Below, in pieces: positions 50,586-63,699 of a stretch of DNA of 64,000 nucleotides (the first letter of the stretch is position 1; each line of letters begins with the position of its first letter). Under the pieces are notes generated by a model, which saw nothing but the letters and a program-made list of their open reading frames with translations, did no database searches and had not been told where the DNA came from. A program made the position numbers and the translations under genes. The stretch is from Vicugna vicugna. Taxonomy: Eukaryota. The stretch spans positions 662,963 to 726,962 of the forward strand of contig MU058781.1 of the NCBI GenBank assembly GCA_013265495.1, in the 5' to 3' direction.

Positions 50586-52239
50586 AACTGAAATTTGGGC
50601 CTTAATCTTGAATTATATTATGTACTGACTAGAACAGGAGAAAGCAAAGATATCATAGTGTTAAAGGTTTGCTTTCTTCTTTCCTTCTTTTTCCTTTCTC
50701 TCTTCTTTTTTACCCTTTCCTACTTTCCTTCCTTTTTCTCTTCATTATCTCTCTCTCTCCCTTCCCCATTTCAATAACAGTATATTTATCACATACTTGG
50801 TGCCATGCTCTAACCAAGAAATATGTCCTATAGCCTGGAATAAGACAACATCCCTACCAGCAATAAATGAAGAGGAAGAAGATGTGCAATTTTAGAACAT
50901 CACAATAGAGAATACACATTATGGCAGTAAAGCCACGTTCAGAGCATAGATTATGGGAATGGCTCATCCGGGAGCTGACAGAAGAGTCCGAGGCTGAAAG
51001 GTGCTCGGCAGCCTAGGGGGCTGTGTAGGAAGCGTCTCAGGAGGTGGAAGCTCTGTGTGCAGTGACACAGGTGGGAAGCTGTCACCATCGATCTAATTAC
51101 TGCTGGCATGCCTTCTGAGTTTAGGAGAGAAAAAGTAGGTCTGTAATTTAAATAAGGATTATCAATAAGCACAGTGCATCTTTCTTCATGATGCAGTACA
51201 GGAAAATAAACCTCCCTGTTGTCTCAGCCTGGGTCCTGGAAACGCGCGGTTTCTCACGTGGTGCTGCACTGCATCCCAATCATCCATGACTTTATTCACC
51301 AGTCCCCAGATTTAAAGTGCTTATGATCTAGTCGCTGCTCTGCTTTGGTAGAGTGGCACACAATTGCCAATAGCAAAAATCATAGCCCTGTAAAATACAT
51401 ACAAATATATACTTACATCAGTCTAAAATAATGTAAGGACAGTATTGTTTTAATTAGGAATTCATATGAAATATACTGGAGTCTAATATGTTTGTCTCTG
51501 AAATATCTGTCCCTTCTGTAAATGGGAAGAGAAATGTGCAAATCCAGTATTATCCTTTTAAGAGAAACTATTAAAAGTAAATAGTTTATACATAACCATG
51601 CCTGACTGATTATTAAGTAAAATTGTTACCCAGGGGTGCTGCATTGTTCAGTTGTGCTCTGTGAGCCCCCTTCACATGTCTATTTTTATGTTGATAGTAA
51701 TACCGAAGTATAAATATTCTTATTTATATAAGCAAAATGTCTCTAGTTTGAGAACTAAAGTATAATCACTTAAATGAGGATTTTCCGCATTTAGATATAA
51801 AGTTTGTACTGCTTGTTGATCATAAAAAGTCAGTTGCTAAAGCTACTCATTGATATTTTTCATGTTTTGTAAAAAATTTTGAGTTCAGCCTCTTGGCATA
51901 TCCTGTATATGTGTTGGTATTTATGTGTTTTTACATGCAGGTGATAATTAACTGCAGATGTATTCGTATTTATATATAAAATGTTCTTGAATGAGATGAG
52001 AAGGCACAGCTAAACTCTACAACCAGGATTCCCTGTCCCCTGATGTCACTGAGCAACTGACATGTCGTCCTCGCCTCACATCTGAGGCTGCCTTGGCGGT
52101 AGTGGTGGGAGTTCCTCATACAGAGGAGGAAAAGGCTAAATTTGGCTCAAGGATGGATGAAGTTGGTATGTGGAGGGGACGGGGGCAAGCCCAGACACGG
52201 ACTGCTGCTGCTCGATCGCTCCAGGCAGTGGAGACCCGA

Positions 52240-53810
52240 GGGACAGGGATGAGGCGGTGCTGCCAGGAGAGAAAGCCCCTCTCAGTGCACCTGGCCATCT
52301 CCCTTACGTGGAAAGAGAATTCTCAGGCTGCATATAGACTCAAGGGACATTGGAGGTGATTTGGCTGATGGGTAGGTCAGGGGCTTGAAAGGATCAATAT
52401 TGGAAGACTTAGAAAAAGGAAGTTTGGGCTAGAGGCATGTGGCTAAATCTTCAAGACATAGACTCAAAATGTGATAACCTCTGCGTCATGTTAAATTTCA
52501 CCAGTGAGCAGTTATTGTGAAAGAGGTACTAACAACTAGTAGACAGCCTGGCTCAACCAGTTGACATCAGTCATCATCTGTCACTGGCTGCCCCAGTGCT
52601 GCCCCTTGGGTGCATGACTAGAGTATCCACCATGGCAGAAACGAAAGCTTTGCATAAATCCGGCAGCGTGGGCTCCCATTCATCAAAGCTGGTCTTGCTG
52701 TTGCGGCTTCCCAATGCCCAGCCTTCCTACTGAACCTCTATATGCTTCTCTATGACATCACATCGGCAGGAGACTAATTAGTCACTTGGTTGTGAGCTGA
52801 TTAATCTGACCCTTTCCACTCTGGAAGGAGCAGCAATTTGTCTTGACTGGAACTGACACATAGTCCAGATAGGAGTCTTCCTTTCTTGCCCGCAGGGATG
52901 CAGCCAGCCCCACTGTGTGAGCTTACAAGGCGTTTGGTTCGCCGACATGGGATTTTGTATAACAGAGCTTGAGACCAGGGGACCCACTTTCTTCCAAAGG
53001 AGGTGCATCCATGGGCACAGGAGCAGGGAATCTAGTTTCCTGTCATATGTCACCTCGTGCACAAGCGACGAGCCTACAGAAGTGAAGAAATAACCTGTAG
53101 AAGTACTTCTGAGGTTTATCTTTGAGATAACACTCAGCACTGATAAGATACCATCCCCCAAATACAATGCACACCCTAAGTCAATAATTAATATAAAATA
53201 CTGTGTCCGAAATTTGGTAGACCACAAAAGTCTGGAAGATAAATGTGGAAGTAAGGTCTTTACTTACTTCACTTCCAAAGACCCACTTAGGCAATTTATA
53301 GTTCTCTTCCCTGAGATTTTGGGCTCCGTGAGGTTAGAGGTCCTGGTTCCCAGAGAGAATATACTCTCCTTAGGGGAAACTTTAAGAGTCTCATGAACTT
53401 TTCAACTATGATTCTTACCCATTCACTTCAGAATCCCCATGCAAAGAGGTCTGCAGTCATGAAAAGGAATCTCCATCATAGCAAAGGGGGATGTCCTTTT
53501 GTTGGGAAGAGGTAGAGTTGCTGTTTCACAGTGGTGGCAAGCAAGACCACGCTGGCGCCCAGAGTCCACTAGCTAGACTCCTGATAACATCTTGCTCAGT
53601 CTCGAAATAAAATGGGCACGTGCAGCCACCTCAGCCTCAGAGCATCGCAGTCAGTGGCTCATACCCCTCAAGGATGAAGCTCTGGGTAACCGCAGCAGTT
53701 GTCACCCATATTAACACAGGTATTACCCAAAGGGGAGGGTGATATAAAATGGGTAATAGAGATCAGAGGTGATGACCATAAGTTGTGATCTGCAGATCAG
53801 CGGCAGCATC
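52240..53810 (+). mobile_element. ERVL-class (class III) endogenous retrovirus internal pol remnant
   Basis: Translations KEVWARGMWLNL (about 52416-52451, RNase H region), PFPLWKEQQFVLTGTDT*SR*ESSFLA (from 52810; ERVL integrase GPLPSWKGQRFVLTGIDTYSGYGFAFP) and LEVLVPRENILSLGET; many stops. Confidence 0.85.
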
Positions 53811-53844
53811 AAATCTGAAATTTCTTCCATGGACCCTAGCCATG

Positions 53845-53959
53845 TTAGTTACCAGCTCATCCTGATTCCACAGAAGACTGCCTTTGGCCTCAAACTGGAA
53901 CAGTGGCTTTCCTGGGTCTCCATCCAGCTGCATAATCACATGGGACAATTCTTATAACG

Positions 53960-54006
<47 letters not shown>

Positions 54007-54021
54007 GTCTCTTGTCTCTTT

Positions 54022-54079
<58 letters not shown>

Positions 54080-54119
54080 TTCCATTTTCCCGATTTCCCT
54101 GGAAAACCCTAACCAAACA
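53845..54119 (+). mobile_element. MLT2-type ERVL LTR fragment with internal microsatellite
   Basis: gactgcctttggcctcaaactg...ttcctgggtctcca...cataatcacatgggacaattcttataa...ctggaaaaccctaaccaaaca. Confidence 0.8.
53962..54077. repeat. Compound (TC)n and (AC)26 microsatellite
   Basis: (TC)n from 53962; perfect AC repeat at 54026-54077. Confidence 0.95.
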
Positions 54120-54149
54120 ATTATCTTATAGAGTAAAAGAATAAAAGTG

Positions 54150-54420
54150 ACCCTGTATTGGCAAAGGATGTGATTAAGTCAAGGATTTTGAGTGGAGGAT
54201 TTATCCTGGATTATCTGTGTGGACTGTAAATCCAATGACAAATGTCTTAAAAAGAGTGAGACAGGGAGGTTTAACAGAGGGAGGAGGAGAAGGCATCGTG
54301 ACCACAGAGGCAGAGACTGGAGTGATGTGGCCACAAGTCAAAGAACGCTGACAGCCACTGGGTACTAGCAAAGGTGACAGAACTGTACATGAATAAATTT
54401 CTGTTGCTTGAAGCTACCTT
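54150..54420 (+). mobile_element. MLT1C/D-like MaLR LTR fragment
   Basis: gatgtgattaagtcaaggattttgag...tatcctggattatc...gtgaccacagaggcagagactggagtgatgtggccacaag. Confidence 0.85.
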
Positions 54421-54862
54421 TAGGTTAGGGATCCACAGGAATGTTCCTTAGCCTGAAAATTGGTAACATTTACAGTTGGATTTCTCTAATGATAGATGCA
54501 ATACCTCTCTCCCAGAAACCACACTGGGTCACTGGTTTGGGATAAATTCTAATATTTACTGTTCCTGAAACCACCATGTCTCTGCAAACTCAGGCTCACT
54601 TTCCTAGACTCCGTACCCTACAACGGTGACACTGCGAGGTCTTTTTCAGGACTCTCCGCATCCCTCCTTGAAAGTGGACCTCTTCCAGGACGACTCAGGT
54701 CCATCCTGAACGTTTATGTCTTTAAAATTTAGTCATGGACAGCATGTCAATGTGGTATGCAGCTGCAGCTATCTTGCCTACAACCACTTGCCAAAAATGT
54801 TACAGCACAAGAGCCTGACCAGCTAAACAACTTTATACTTACCTTACAGTTTTTTTTTTTTA

Positions 54863-55000
54863 ACAGTGTGATCCCTGGACTAGAAGCTTTAGCATCACTT
54901 GGCATCTTGTTAAAAATGTTTGCAATCCCTACCCAGAAATTAGTCAGTCAGAAACCCAGCAAGCTATATTTAAACAAGCCCTCCAGGTGATCTGATGATA
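54863..55000. mobile_element. MER5A-like hAT MITE fragment
   Basis: agcatcacttggcatcttgttaaaaatg...tttaaacaagccctccaggtgatctgatg. Confidence 0.8.
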
Positions 55001-55414
55001 TTTTGGCTTAGGTAGCTATTAAATGACTCTCATAACATATTTACATACGGGTGACAACTTCTGTGGCTGTTTACGAACTATGCAGTACCAACAGAAGATG
55101 TTTCTGCTTGGATAAGCATAATTGCCAGCAGAAGCAAACCAACAAACAGAGAGCAAGGCTAATATAAGTGAGTTAATACAAGGTTAATATAACCACAGTG
55201 ACTAAGACCATGTGTGGTGCATTCCCTGCTGTACAGATTTGACTCGAGGTAATTTTTATACTCTAAGCAGGTGTTGAGAAAAGCCTGGCTGGGTGTCTGT
55301 GTGGAGAGCTTCCCTCTTCAAATACATCTTTCTCTAAACTTTCTTATTCAAAATCCAGTGTAAATCATTACTCTTAGATGTCAAAAAAAAGAAGAAAATG
55401 TAAATCCTGGAGTA

Positions 55415-55628
55415 GGCGTTTGAGAGTCCTACCTGAGGTCGCAGCTCACCCAGCAGCCTCATACGCTCAGGCAGGCTACCTACTAAGACTCACGCCTTGG
55501 AAATCCTAAAATGGAGTTACTGATTGTCTACCTGGCTGGATTGCTGTGAGTCTGTAATGAAATCATTAATGCGAAGAATAATTCAGAATGTGTGGCATAT
55601 AATAAGCACTTAGTAAATATCAAGTATT
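55415..55628 (+). mobile_element. MIR fragment
   Basis: taaaatggagttactgattgtctacctggctggattgctgtgag...tggcatataataagcacttagtaaatat. Confidence 0.6.
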
Positions 55629-58600
55629 ACTTTATTTTATAATACCGATGTTTTACAACGTCAAAACAGCCCCTTCTTTTTTCCTTTCTACGTGGTCTGT
55701 ATTTCCTCTTGACAATGGAAATATCTCCTATTTTCTCCTTTATTATTGTCAAATACAGAGAATGTAAATATATGAGCTTGCTGGGGAGACTTGGCAGTCT
55801 TTTCATATTTACTTGGTGCGTTAGATGCAAATCCAATTTGAGAATCTCTTGCTAAGAATACGATTTGTTATCTTAGTCTGTGCCAGTGGGTAGGTCCGCT
55901 GAAGGCGCTTCTGTTACCGCGGGGTGTATGATGGATGATCTTCTCAATTTACCTTTGCTTTGAAACTCATTTCTGTCTCTACATTTGTTTGTCATTTTTA
56001 TCGTGGTCGTGATTGTTAAATTTTCTCTGGTTATTCATTTATAAATTTGGGTGCTTTTGTGGATGGATCTAAGTCGAGGAATTCACTGAAGTGACCACGG
56101 TTAAAAATATAAATATGCTAGGAAAAGACAAACGGAGTAAAATGCCACAAATAGTCACAAATATGAATTTATGCCTAAATGAAAGAAAGAACTAGAAAAT
56201 ATATAAAAACATACGTACGTTAAAATACGTCAATAAGGAGAATGGAAAGTAGCTCTTCCTCGTTGGTGACACAGAGAGGAAGCAGATTTACAGTAAGGCA
56301 TAAAAACAGGCTGAGTGCCCTGGTAGATTGGTTTATTGAAATATTGATAAATAAAATTAATGTAAGAAAAACCTGTGTAGTCAGTGGGAGAGTTAAGATT
56401 TGAATCCACTGCACAGTCCTTGAACACATCCATGTCATACACCGTCATTTTGTAAGAGAGAGATCTTTGTCACTTGAAGATCTTTGAAAAATAGAGAAAA
56501 ACAGATATTTCTGAGGCCTTACTTTTGTGTGAAAAATGAATGGCCATCGTGTGGAGAATTTTGCTTACGTCAAGTATAATTACAGACTGGATGATAAAAT
56601 ATGCAAACTTTATTTAAACCATCCTATTAGCCTCATGTTAATCTAGTTTGAATACTTCATTGCCAAGATCTAAGACAGCTTATGTACAGTCCTTTCTGAA
56701 AAAAGATACATTGGTCAACATTCCTACTCCAGGCACTTAAACTGCTCCTTAAACTGCTCCCTGTTTACTACAGGAGGAACAATCGAGTCTAACTACATTT
56801 ATTTACCATTCTAGCCCTTTTACAACCTTACCATCATCCGTACATTCAGTATTTACTAAAGCCTGCTGTGTAGCAGTCACTAGTCTAATTATTGGAAATA
56901 TAGCAGTGATTTTAAAAAATGACAAAAATCAATGCCTCTTCTGATAGACTTTCTAGTCATCTTCCTTTCTTCATAGATTGTCAACGTGTCAACTTCTTGA
57001 GGACAATAACTTAATCTAATGTTGCTTTGTGTCCATCTACATCTTCTAATGTGAAGCTCTATATGGAGTACAGCTCAATAGTTTTTTGAATAAAGAGATT
57101 TCCTAGAAATGTAGACTGCTGGAGCTAAAAAAAGCCTCAGCCTTGTCCCATTATGTCATTGCACAAGGGCTTCATTATAAAATGCCTTTGGGAAATAGAG
57201 CATAAGATTCCTCTTCTCTTGGAGATTGATAATGCACACTTATGTGTTAAAGATTCTTAGAATTCCTACTATCGAGAACTTCCTAGAATTTCCTAAACAA
57301 TTTTTAATCACAGAACTACTTGGGGGGGATGACACTTTAATATGCTTTAATTTCTTGGTATTCATTTTATTGAATATTGATATAAAAGTGTTTTTTACAT
57401 TTGAGTCCAAGATAAATACTTCCTGTTAAACAGCCAGTAAAGTTTTAAAAGTACCACCACGTCAAATTCCTTTGTACATTTGAGATTTGTATAGGACAAT
57501 GATATTATTTGATGAGTTTATAGGTGAGAGATGGACAAGGTACCCTTCCTTTCTTGCTCCCATCACTCGCTGATGCTCTTCCAGACTTAAGACCATGCAA
57601 GGAAGCGGTCAAGAATGATCTCACGGTCCCAACTCCCTTTCACTGGTTCCTTGGTTCAAGAGGTTGATCAGCTCCCTCTCGACTGTCCTCTTTGCACAGG
57701 AAGAACTGAGTCTTCTCTTCGTGGGCCCATGGTATGTGGCATTTCATCACCTCCCCAGTGCAACCTCTAACTTATGATGGATCAAGTGCTTGTAAAACGA
57801 AGCAGATTTAACACTTCTCAGATTACAAATGCAGGACCATAAATGTAAAACAGCCCAGTGTGTAGAAAGTTTATGTCATAATTAGGAATGGAGAGCAAAG
57901 CCTTTATAAACCTATTCTCAATTATCTACAGTCCCTTCAAAGCAGAAATCTGGAGCCAGGCTTGGCAGAGCATTTTTCTAGCCAAATGATTATCAATATA
58001 CACCTGCACTGTTAAAAGATGGCATCCCTAAATAGCCCATTTTCTTCTCCCTCTCCATTTGGTATACCAGATGTTTTGGCTTTTTTATTTGTTGAAGAAT
58101 ACATTGAGTTCCCATATGTCCTTTTAAAAATAAAGCTCTCTTCCTAAATGGCATTGGGCCATAGACAAAGACCAACATGTGTTGTAACTCAGTAAGTCTT
58201 TTGCTGTGGTTATATTTTTATGATTTATTAGTAACTTATTTAATATAGATATTCTTGATTTTACTTTAAGGAAAAGGTGAGTTAGAGTTGTTTCCTTAAT
58301 TTTGTAGGATATGGGGTATGTGTAGAAATTGAATAACTTGACTTTGGTCAATCAACTGATCAGTGACAAAGCTGAGATTAGAATTCTCAAATCCCTTGTC
58401 TTTTTCTGCATCCAATTCACTCCTCTTAAATTATAGGCCTCAACTCATCACACTTCCCACTTCCTACCCTCACCAGTCTATTACATGTGAATGTACCGTT
58501 ACTTTAATCATGCTTACTTCACTCAATGAACTAATCTCTTTTTTTTTCAACTGAAGAATTCCTTGTATGAGACTTTGTTGTTCCTGTTTGTACAGGTCCT

Positions 58601-59249
58601 GTGTTCTAAAATTGCAGTTCCTCCCTCCAGGAGTAACGTGGATATTAAGGAAGTGAAGTTTATTTTACTTCCATATAGTTCCCTCATCAGAAAAAAAAAA
58701 AGACAGAAAGAAAGTACATACAAATCAATAAATGTTATTAATCATGAAAAGCCTAGGTGGGAACCATGCAAATTGTGAAGTCGAGGAGTAAATCTTGGGC
58801 ATACAGAGGAAGAGAACGTCCCCTAGCATGGAACTGTTGTGAGCTGATGTGTGTCCACACTAAACATCAAATCTGAAGTCAGCCAGTCTCTTCATTATCA
58901 TAAACTGCTGTTCCTACTATGCATATGGGCAATTCCACCTTCAAACCTTTGATCAGTAAGACCCCTTGACCTCAAGTGCTACCTTTAAGGGTTGAGAATC
59001 ACTTCACGGATGCCATATAAACTTACCTACCTAGAAGAACATATCTCTAGGTTCATCTAAACTTTGACAACATTTCATTTTTATCTCACCCAGAGCTTTT
59101 ATCATAAATTAGTTATTAACTTATAACTCTCCCCTTAAGCAATAAATTTTCTGATAACAATCCAAATATCATAAGGCATGCTTTGACTCTCTTCAAAGTG
59201 TCTAGCATATACTTTGCATGTACTTGCAATTTAATATTTAATTGTTAGA

Positions 59250-61070
59250 AAGCAAAGATGTCCACTGTCACCATTTTACTGTATTAGAAAAAATAATAGA
59301 TGCTGGCACTTGATAATGCAATTAGACAAGGGAAAGAAATGGTGTATATAAATGAAAAGGTAGAGGAAAATTGTTATTATTATTATTAAGATTATTTTAT
59401 GTAGTTAGAAAACCCAGTAGAGGCAATTGAGAAACTGAAAAAAATATCTAATAAGGTTAATAAAAAGTTAATTTGAAAAATCAATAGCCTTCCTATAATA
59501 AAGCCAATATCCATTAAAAAATATAATGGATGAAGAAAATAGAATATATATAATGAAATGTTATTCTGCCACAAAAAAAGGAGGAAATTCTACCATTTAT
59601 GATAACATGCGTGAACCTAGAGGGAATTACACTAAGTCAAAATCAGCTCAGAAGAAAAAGGAAAATACCGTATGATCTAAAAAAGTTGAACTCAGAGTAA
59701 GACGGTGGTTGACAATGGCTGGGGGATGTGCGTAACGTGGAGATGTTGGTCAAAGGATAAAGACTTTCAGTTATAAGATAAATAATTTCTGGGGATCTAT
59801 TGTACAGCATGGTGTGGTTAATAGAGTATTGTATACTTGAAGTTTGCTATGAGAATAGATCTTAAGTATTCTTACAACAAAAAAAGAAATGGCAACTTTG
59901 TTAGGTGATGCTTGCATTAACTGACCTGATTGTGATGATCATTTCACAGCGTATACATATATCAAATCATCAAGTTGTGTACCTTAAACATCCATAATGT
60001 CATTGGTCAAGTGTACCTCAATAAGCTGGAATAAAATATATAAGGGAAGAAAATACTCAATTTGTAGCAGTAGCATAAAATGCCTTGATATAAATACAAC
60101 AAAAACATGCAACTTCTATATGAAGAAACTGTAATTTTACTGAAAACTCTTAAAATTTTTGAATAAATAAAACACCTATTTCACCTTATGAAGTAAGACT
60201 CCATTATAACACAAATGATTCCCCCTAAATTAATCTTCACAGGTAATAAAATTCAATAAAAATACCACAATGATTATTTTGTTACTACTCCAGCTATTCT
60301 AAAAGAAATATTAAAAAATGAACATAAAATTTTTGAGGAGATTCTGAGGGTAAAAGGTAGAACAAGCTATCAGAAATACAAACATTTAGTAACAGATATA
60401 TGAATGGAACATAATGGGCCCCAGTAATAGACCCCAGTAAGTATGACAGTTTATGACAAAGGTGATACTCGTACCAGTGGGGAAAAGACGTATGATGGTA
60501 CACGTACTGCTGGGTGTCCACCTTAAAAAATGCAGGTCTCCTTTCGTTACCCACTCACAGTTCTAGGTAGATTAGCTATTTAAACATCATAATAAAACCA
60601 CACATTTATACAGTAAAACATGGAGGATTTTTGCTTTTATGTAATTTCATAGGTGCGGAACCCTTTGTATAAATGATACAAAATTCAGAAACTTTTTTTA
60701 ATGTTTTAAAATCTGAATACATAAAAATGTGGTATTAAAAATCTGAAGTGGAAAAAGCACAAAAGGTCAAAAGCAAAGAGTATCCCAAGGACAGTATTTG
60801 TAAGATTTGTAGCAAATACGGAAGTTTAGTTACTTTAATACAAGAAGCACTCCTTCAGATCAACTTAAAAACTCAATAAAAACAGGAAAATAATTGGCAA
60901 AAGCCATGAACAGGCAGCTCAGAGGAATGGGAGTACAGAGTTTGAAAAAAAGATGTTCAATTTCATGCACAGTAATAGAAATAAAATACTAAGATCATTG
61001 AGCTACATATTTTCTTGCATCAGATTAGCAGTGATCTACAAAGACCGAATGTACTGTGTTATTAGGAACC
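59250..61070 (+). mobile_element. Old L1 ORF2 remnant with a nested L1MA-type 3' end (about 59525-60040)
   Basis: aatgcaattagacaagggaaagaa, tagttagaaaacccagtaga, ggaaattctaccatttatgataacatgcgtgaacctagagggaattacactaag and gtacctcaataagctgg. Confidence 0.85.
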
Positions 61071-61084
61071 CTGGTAGCAAGTAC

Positions 61085-61440
61085 TGTCCACTTAGATTGG
61101 TGAAGAGAGGCAGAGAAAGCATTCCTGGCAGAAGCAGAACCATTTGTAAAAGGCTGAGGCAGGAGGACCCTTGGAGGGTTCCATGGATTGAAGGAAGGAC
61201 CACATGTGATGGGTGGGGTGATGGCCACGGTTGAGCTAGGTAACTCTTCCTGAGCTTGGCCTGCAGTCAGTGTAGGGATCCGGAGGTGGGTCTGAAGAAT
61301 GATGGTAACTCACTGTGAGAAGCTGGCTGCATCACATTTGCACTGATCTGTCAGATAAAGACTCCTTTGGCTTCTTTGTAGAGAATGGATTTAAAGTGAC
61401 AAGACCAGTAGCTCTGACAGCTGTAAGCTTTCCTGATGGC
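61085..61440 (-). mobile_element. L2 fragment
   Basis: agcattcctggcagaagcagaaccatttgtaaaaggctgaggcagga and ggcttctttgtagagaatggatt. Confidence 0.6.
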
Positions 61441-61555
61441 CATGCGAAATGAGCTTGGGAGGTGCAGTGAATCCAGCACTGAAACCTCTTGGAGGCTGGT
61501 GGGCCTCTGTGTCCAGGAGCTCCCCCCCGCCCCGCCTTTTCCTTGCAGCCTCTGG

Positions 61556-61644
61556 TGGTGGCAGGTGGACTGATGAGAAGAGCTGGTGCCTTATGGCCCT
61601 GGTGGCAGGTGGACTGATGAGAAGAGCTGGTGCCTTATGGCCCT
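61556..61644. repeat. Perfect tandem duplication, 2 x 44 bp
   Basis: tggtggcaggtggactgatgagaagagctggtgccttatggccc occurs at 61556 and 61600. Confidence 0.95.
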
Positions 61645-63154
61645 TGTTAATCGGGTGAGGGGTGGCTGGATTCTGTCAGTGGTTCTCAGCACACTGGGTG
61701 TTGATGGCTTTCCATGACCTTGAAGTGGTTGGTTGAGGGCCTCCTGGGATCCCCTCAAGGAATTCATCTAGCCTTCAAGATTCATCAAACACTTTGATTA
61801 AAAAGCAAACAAACATTTCTTATAAATAAGGAAAATGCTTGTCCCTTCTTGTACTTAGAATAAATGTTCACATCCTCCCACTGCCCAGTATTTGGGTATC
61901 AGTTTGCCCATGTATGCTTGTGTGTAAGCGTCTGCATGCGTGTGTTAGGAGAGGAAAGGCTAAAATATGATGTGTAAACCGAGTTATGTATCATATTTTT
62001 CTCTAATCATATTCTTGCTATTGCTTCCATGATTTTTGTCACTATAAATCCTTCCACTTATTTCAAACTTTAAAAAAAAAAGGCCCTTCCTTGCCTTTGA
62101 AGTTTTCACTGTGACATTGTTCAACTATAATTATACAGTATGCCGTATCATCTTGTGCTGTACGATACCAATCAGGGACTTGGCTGATGAGTTGAATTAT
62201 TTCCCTTGTTCAATTAGTTTGCAAGTTTCTAATCCAAGATTAGTTAATTAATCTTTTCAGACTTTTGTTCTAATCATGAGTCCACTCTAGGAATCAAGAT
62301 ACCAGACAGTCTTAAGCTAAAATGGAATGTGTACAGTTAAGCCCTCATCCATAAGTGGATTTTTAGTAAGCCCAAGTTTTTTCAAAGTTGTTTATGAATT
62401 TTGCCACTCTAATATAATTGATAGCTTTTTCAATTATTAAATTCATTTTGTTGTTAAATAAAAAGATTTGCCTTCACTCCTGGGTAGGTTCTTCCTTAAC
62501 TCACTGCTTATTCTCATTTTTATAATGGTCACTGGCTTTTAGAAGAACTGAAGTTCATGTTGACGAGGCAGTAGAAGAATGGAAATGTCAGTGTAATAAA
62601 CATTTACTCTAAGTGCAAAAAGGGACGACCCTTTATTAACAAGAAATGCTATTTTGTACAGTAAGACAGGATGGAAAAAGAGCAAGAACTGTGGATTTAC
62701 TTAAGTAATTCAGACAACGTCATGCACTTAATCTGAATGCATTTTTAACCATCTTTTCATGATAAGAAGATCTGTTTACTATACTTTGCAAATCAATAAG
62801 GATAACTTTAAGCTTGTATGAGTAATTAGCATACCGTGTTTTTAATTACCTTGAATTTCATTTAGCTGTTTTTTGAAATGTATCATTAAATATGTTTTCC
62901 CAGCTCAAATTTAACCTCCATAGGGTTAAAAATACTTCAATAAAAATACTTCTGAATGAGACTGAACAACAAATAGGGACATTTTTCTCCCAATGACTAC
63001 GTTTAAAGCCTGCCATTAGTTGAATACTGCTTTCTATATGCTGGGGTTAAGTACCATCTCACACCATGATGTGGCAGGGCATCTCACAAAGTGCCCCTTT
63101 CAAGTTCCAATTCAACACACAGTTTTCCTTTACTGGTTTCTCATATGGGTACCT

Positions 63155-63360
63155 TCTATGAGCAAGTACTGAGCGGGGTGCATTACATATTTTATTTTAA
63201 TCCTCCTAACAGCCCTGTGACTTTAGGAATATTTATCCCATTTTACTGATAAAGAAACTGAGGCCCAGAGAAGTGTATCTGCTTTCCCAAGGTCACATAG
63301 ATGATATGGGTTAGAGCCAAAATTTGAACCTAAGTCTATCTCATGCTAAAATCCATGTTT
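63155..63360 (-). mobile_element. MIR SINE
   Basis: tttaatcctcctaacagccctgtga...atcccattttactgataaagaaactgaggcccagagaag...cccaaggtcacatag...tttgaacctaagtct. Confidence 0.92.
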
Positions 63361-63699
63361 GTTTGTTCCAGTACATAAATTGCCAAGAATTGCAGTCTTA
63401 ATTGAATTGCATTTCCACAAGCATGTAATATGAAGTGTTGTCTTGTTTTTAAAATGGATTAATATTTAGACTTCTTGCAAACCCACACTTTTCGTTAATA
63501 CAAAGCAAACTGACCCTGACCCTCCAACCACCACAAGACAAGACCTGCAACAGTGGCTCAATCAAAACAGAAACAAAAACAAAAAAAGAGCAAAACCCTT
63601 TGTCTCCATGTAACTGCAGTCAGATGAGCTGTGCCCTGACCTACTCTGTTCATTTAACAGACTCCAGTGTCTACTCTAAATGGAAGGGCTGAAGTATTT

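Noticed and set aside
52778..53227. 149-aa minus-strand ORF (longest in window)
   Set aside because: Antisense to the decayed ERVL integrase; no independent coding evidence.
62550..62665. Exon between ttttag and gtaaga
   Set aside because: The frame checked hits a stop (RTEVHVDEAVEEWKCQCNKHLL*) and no protein similarity was recognised.
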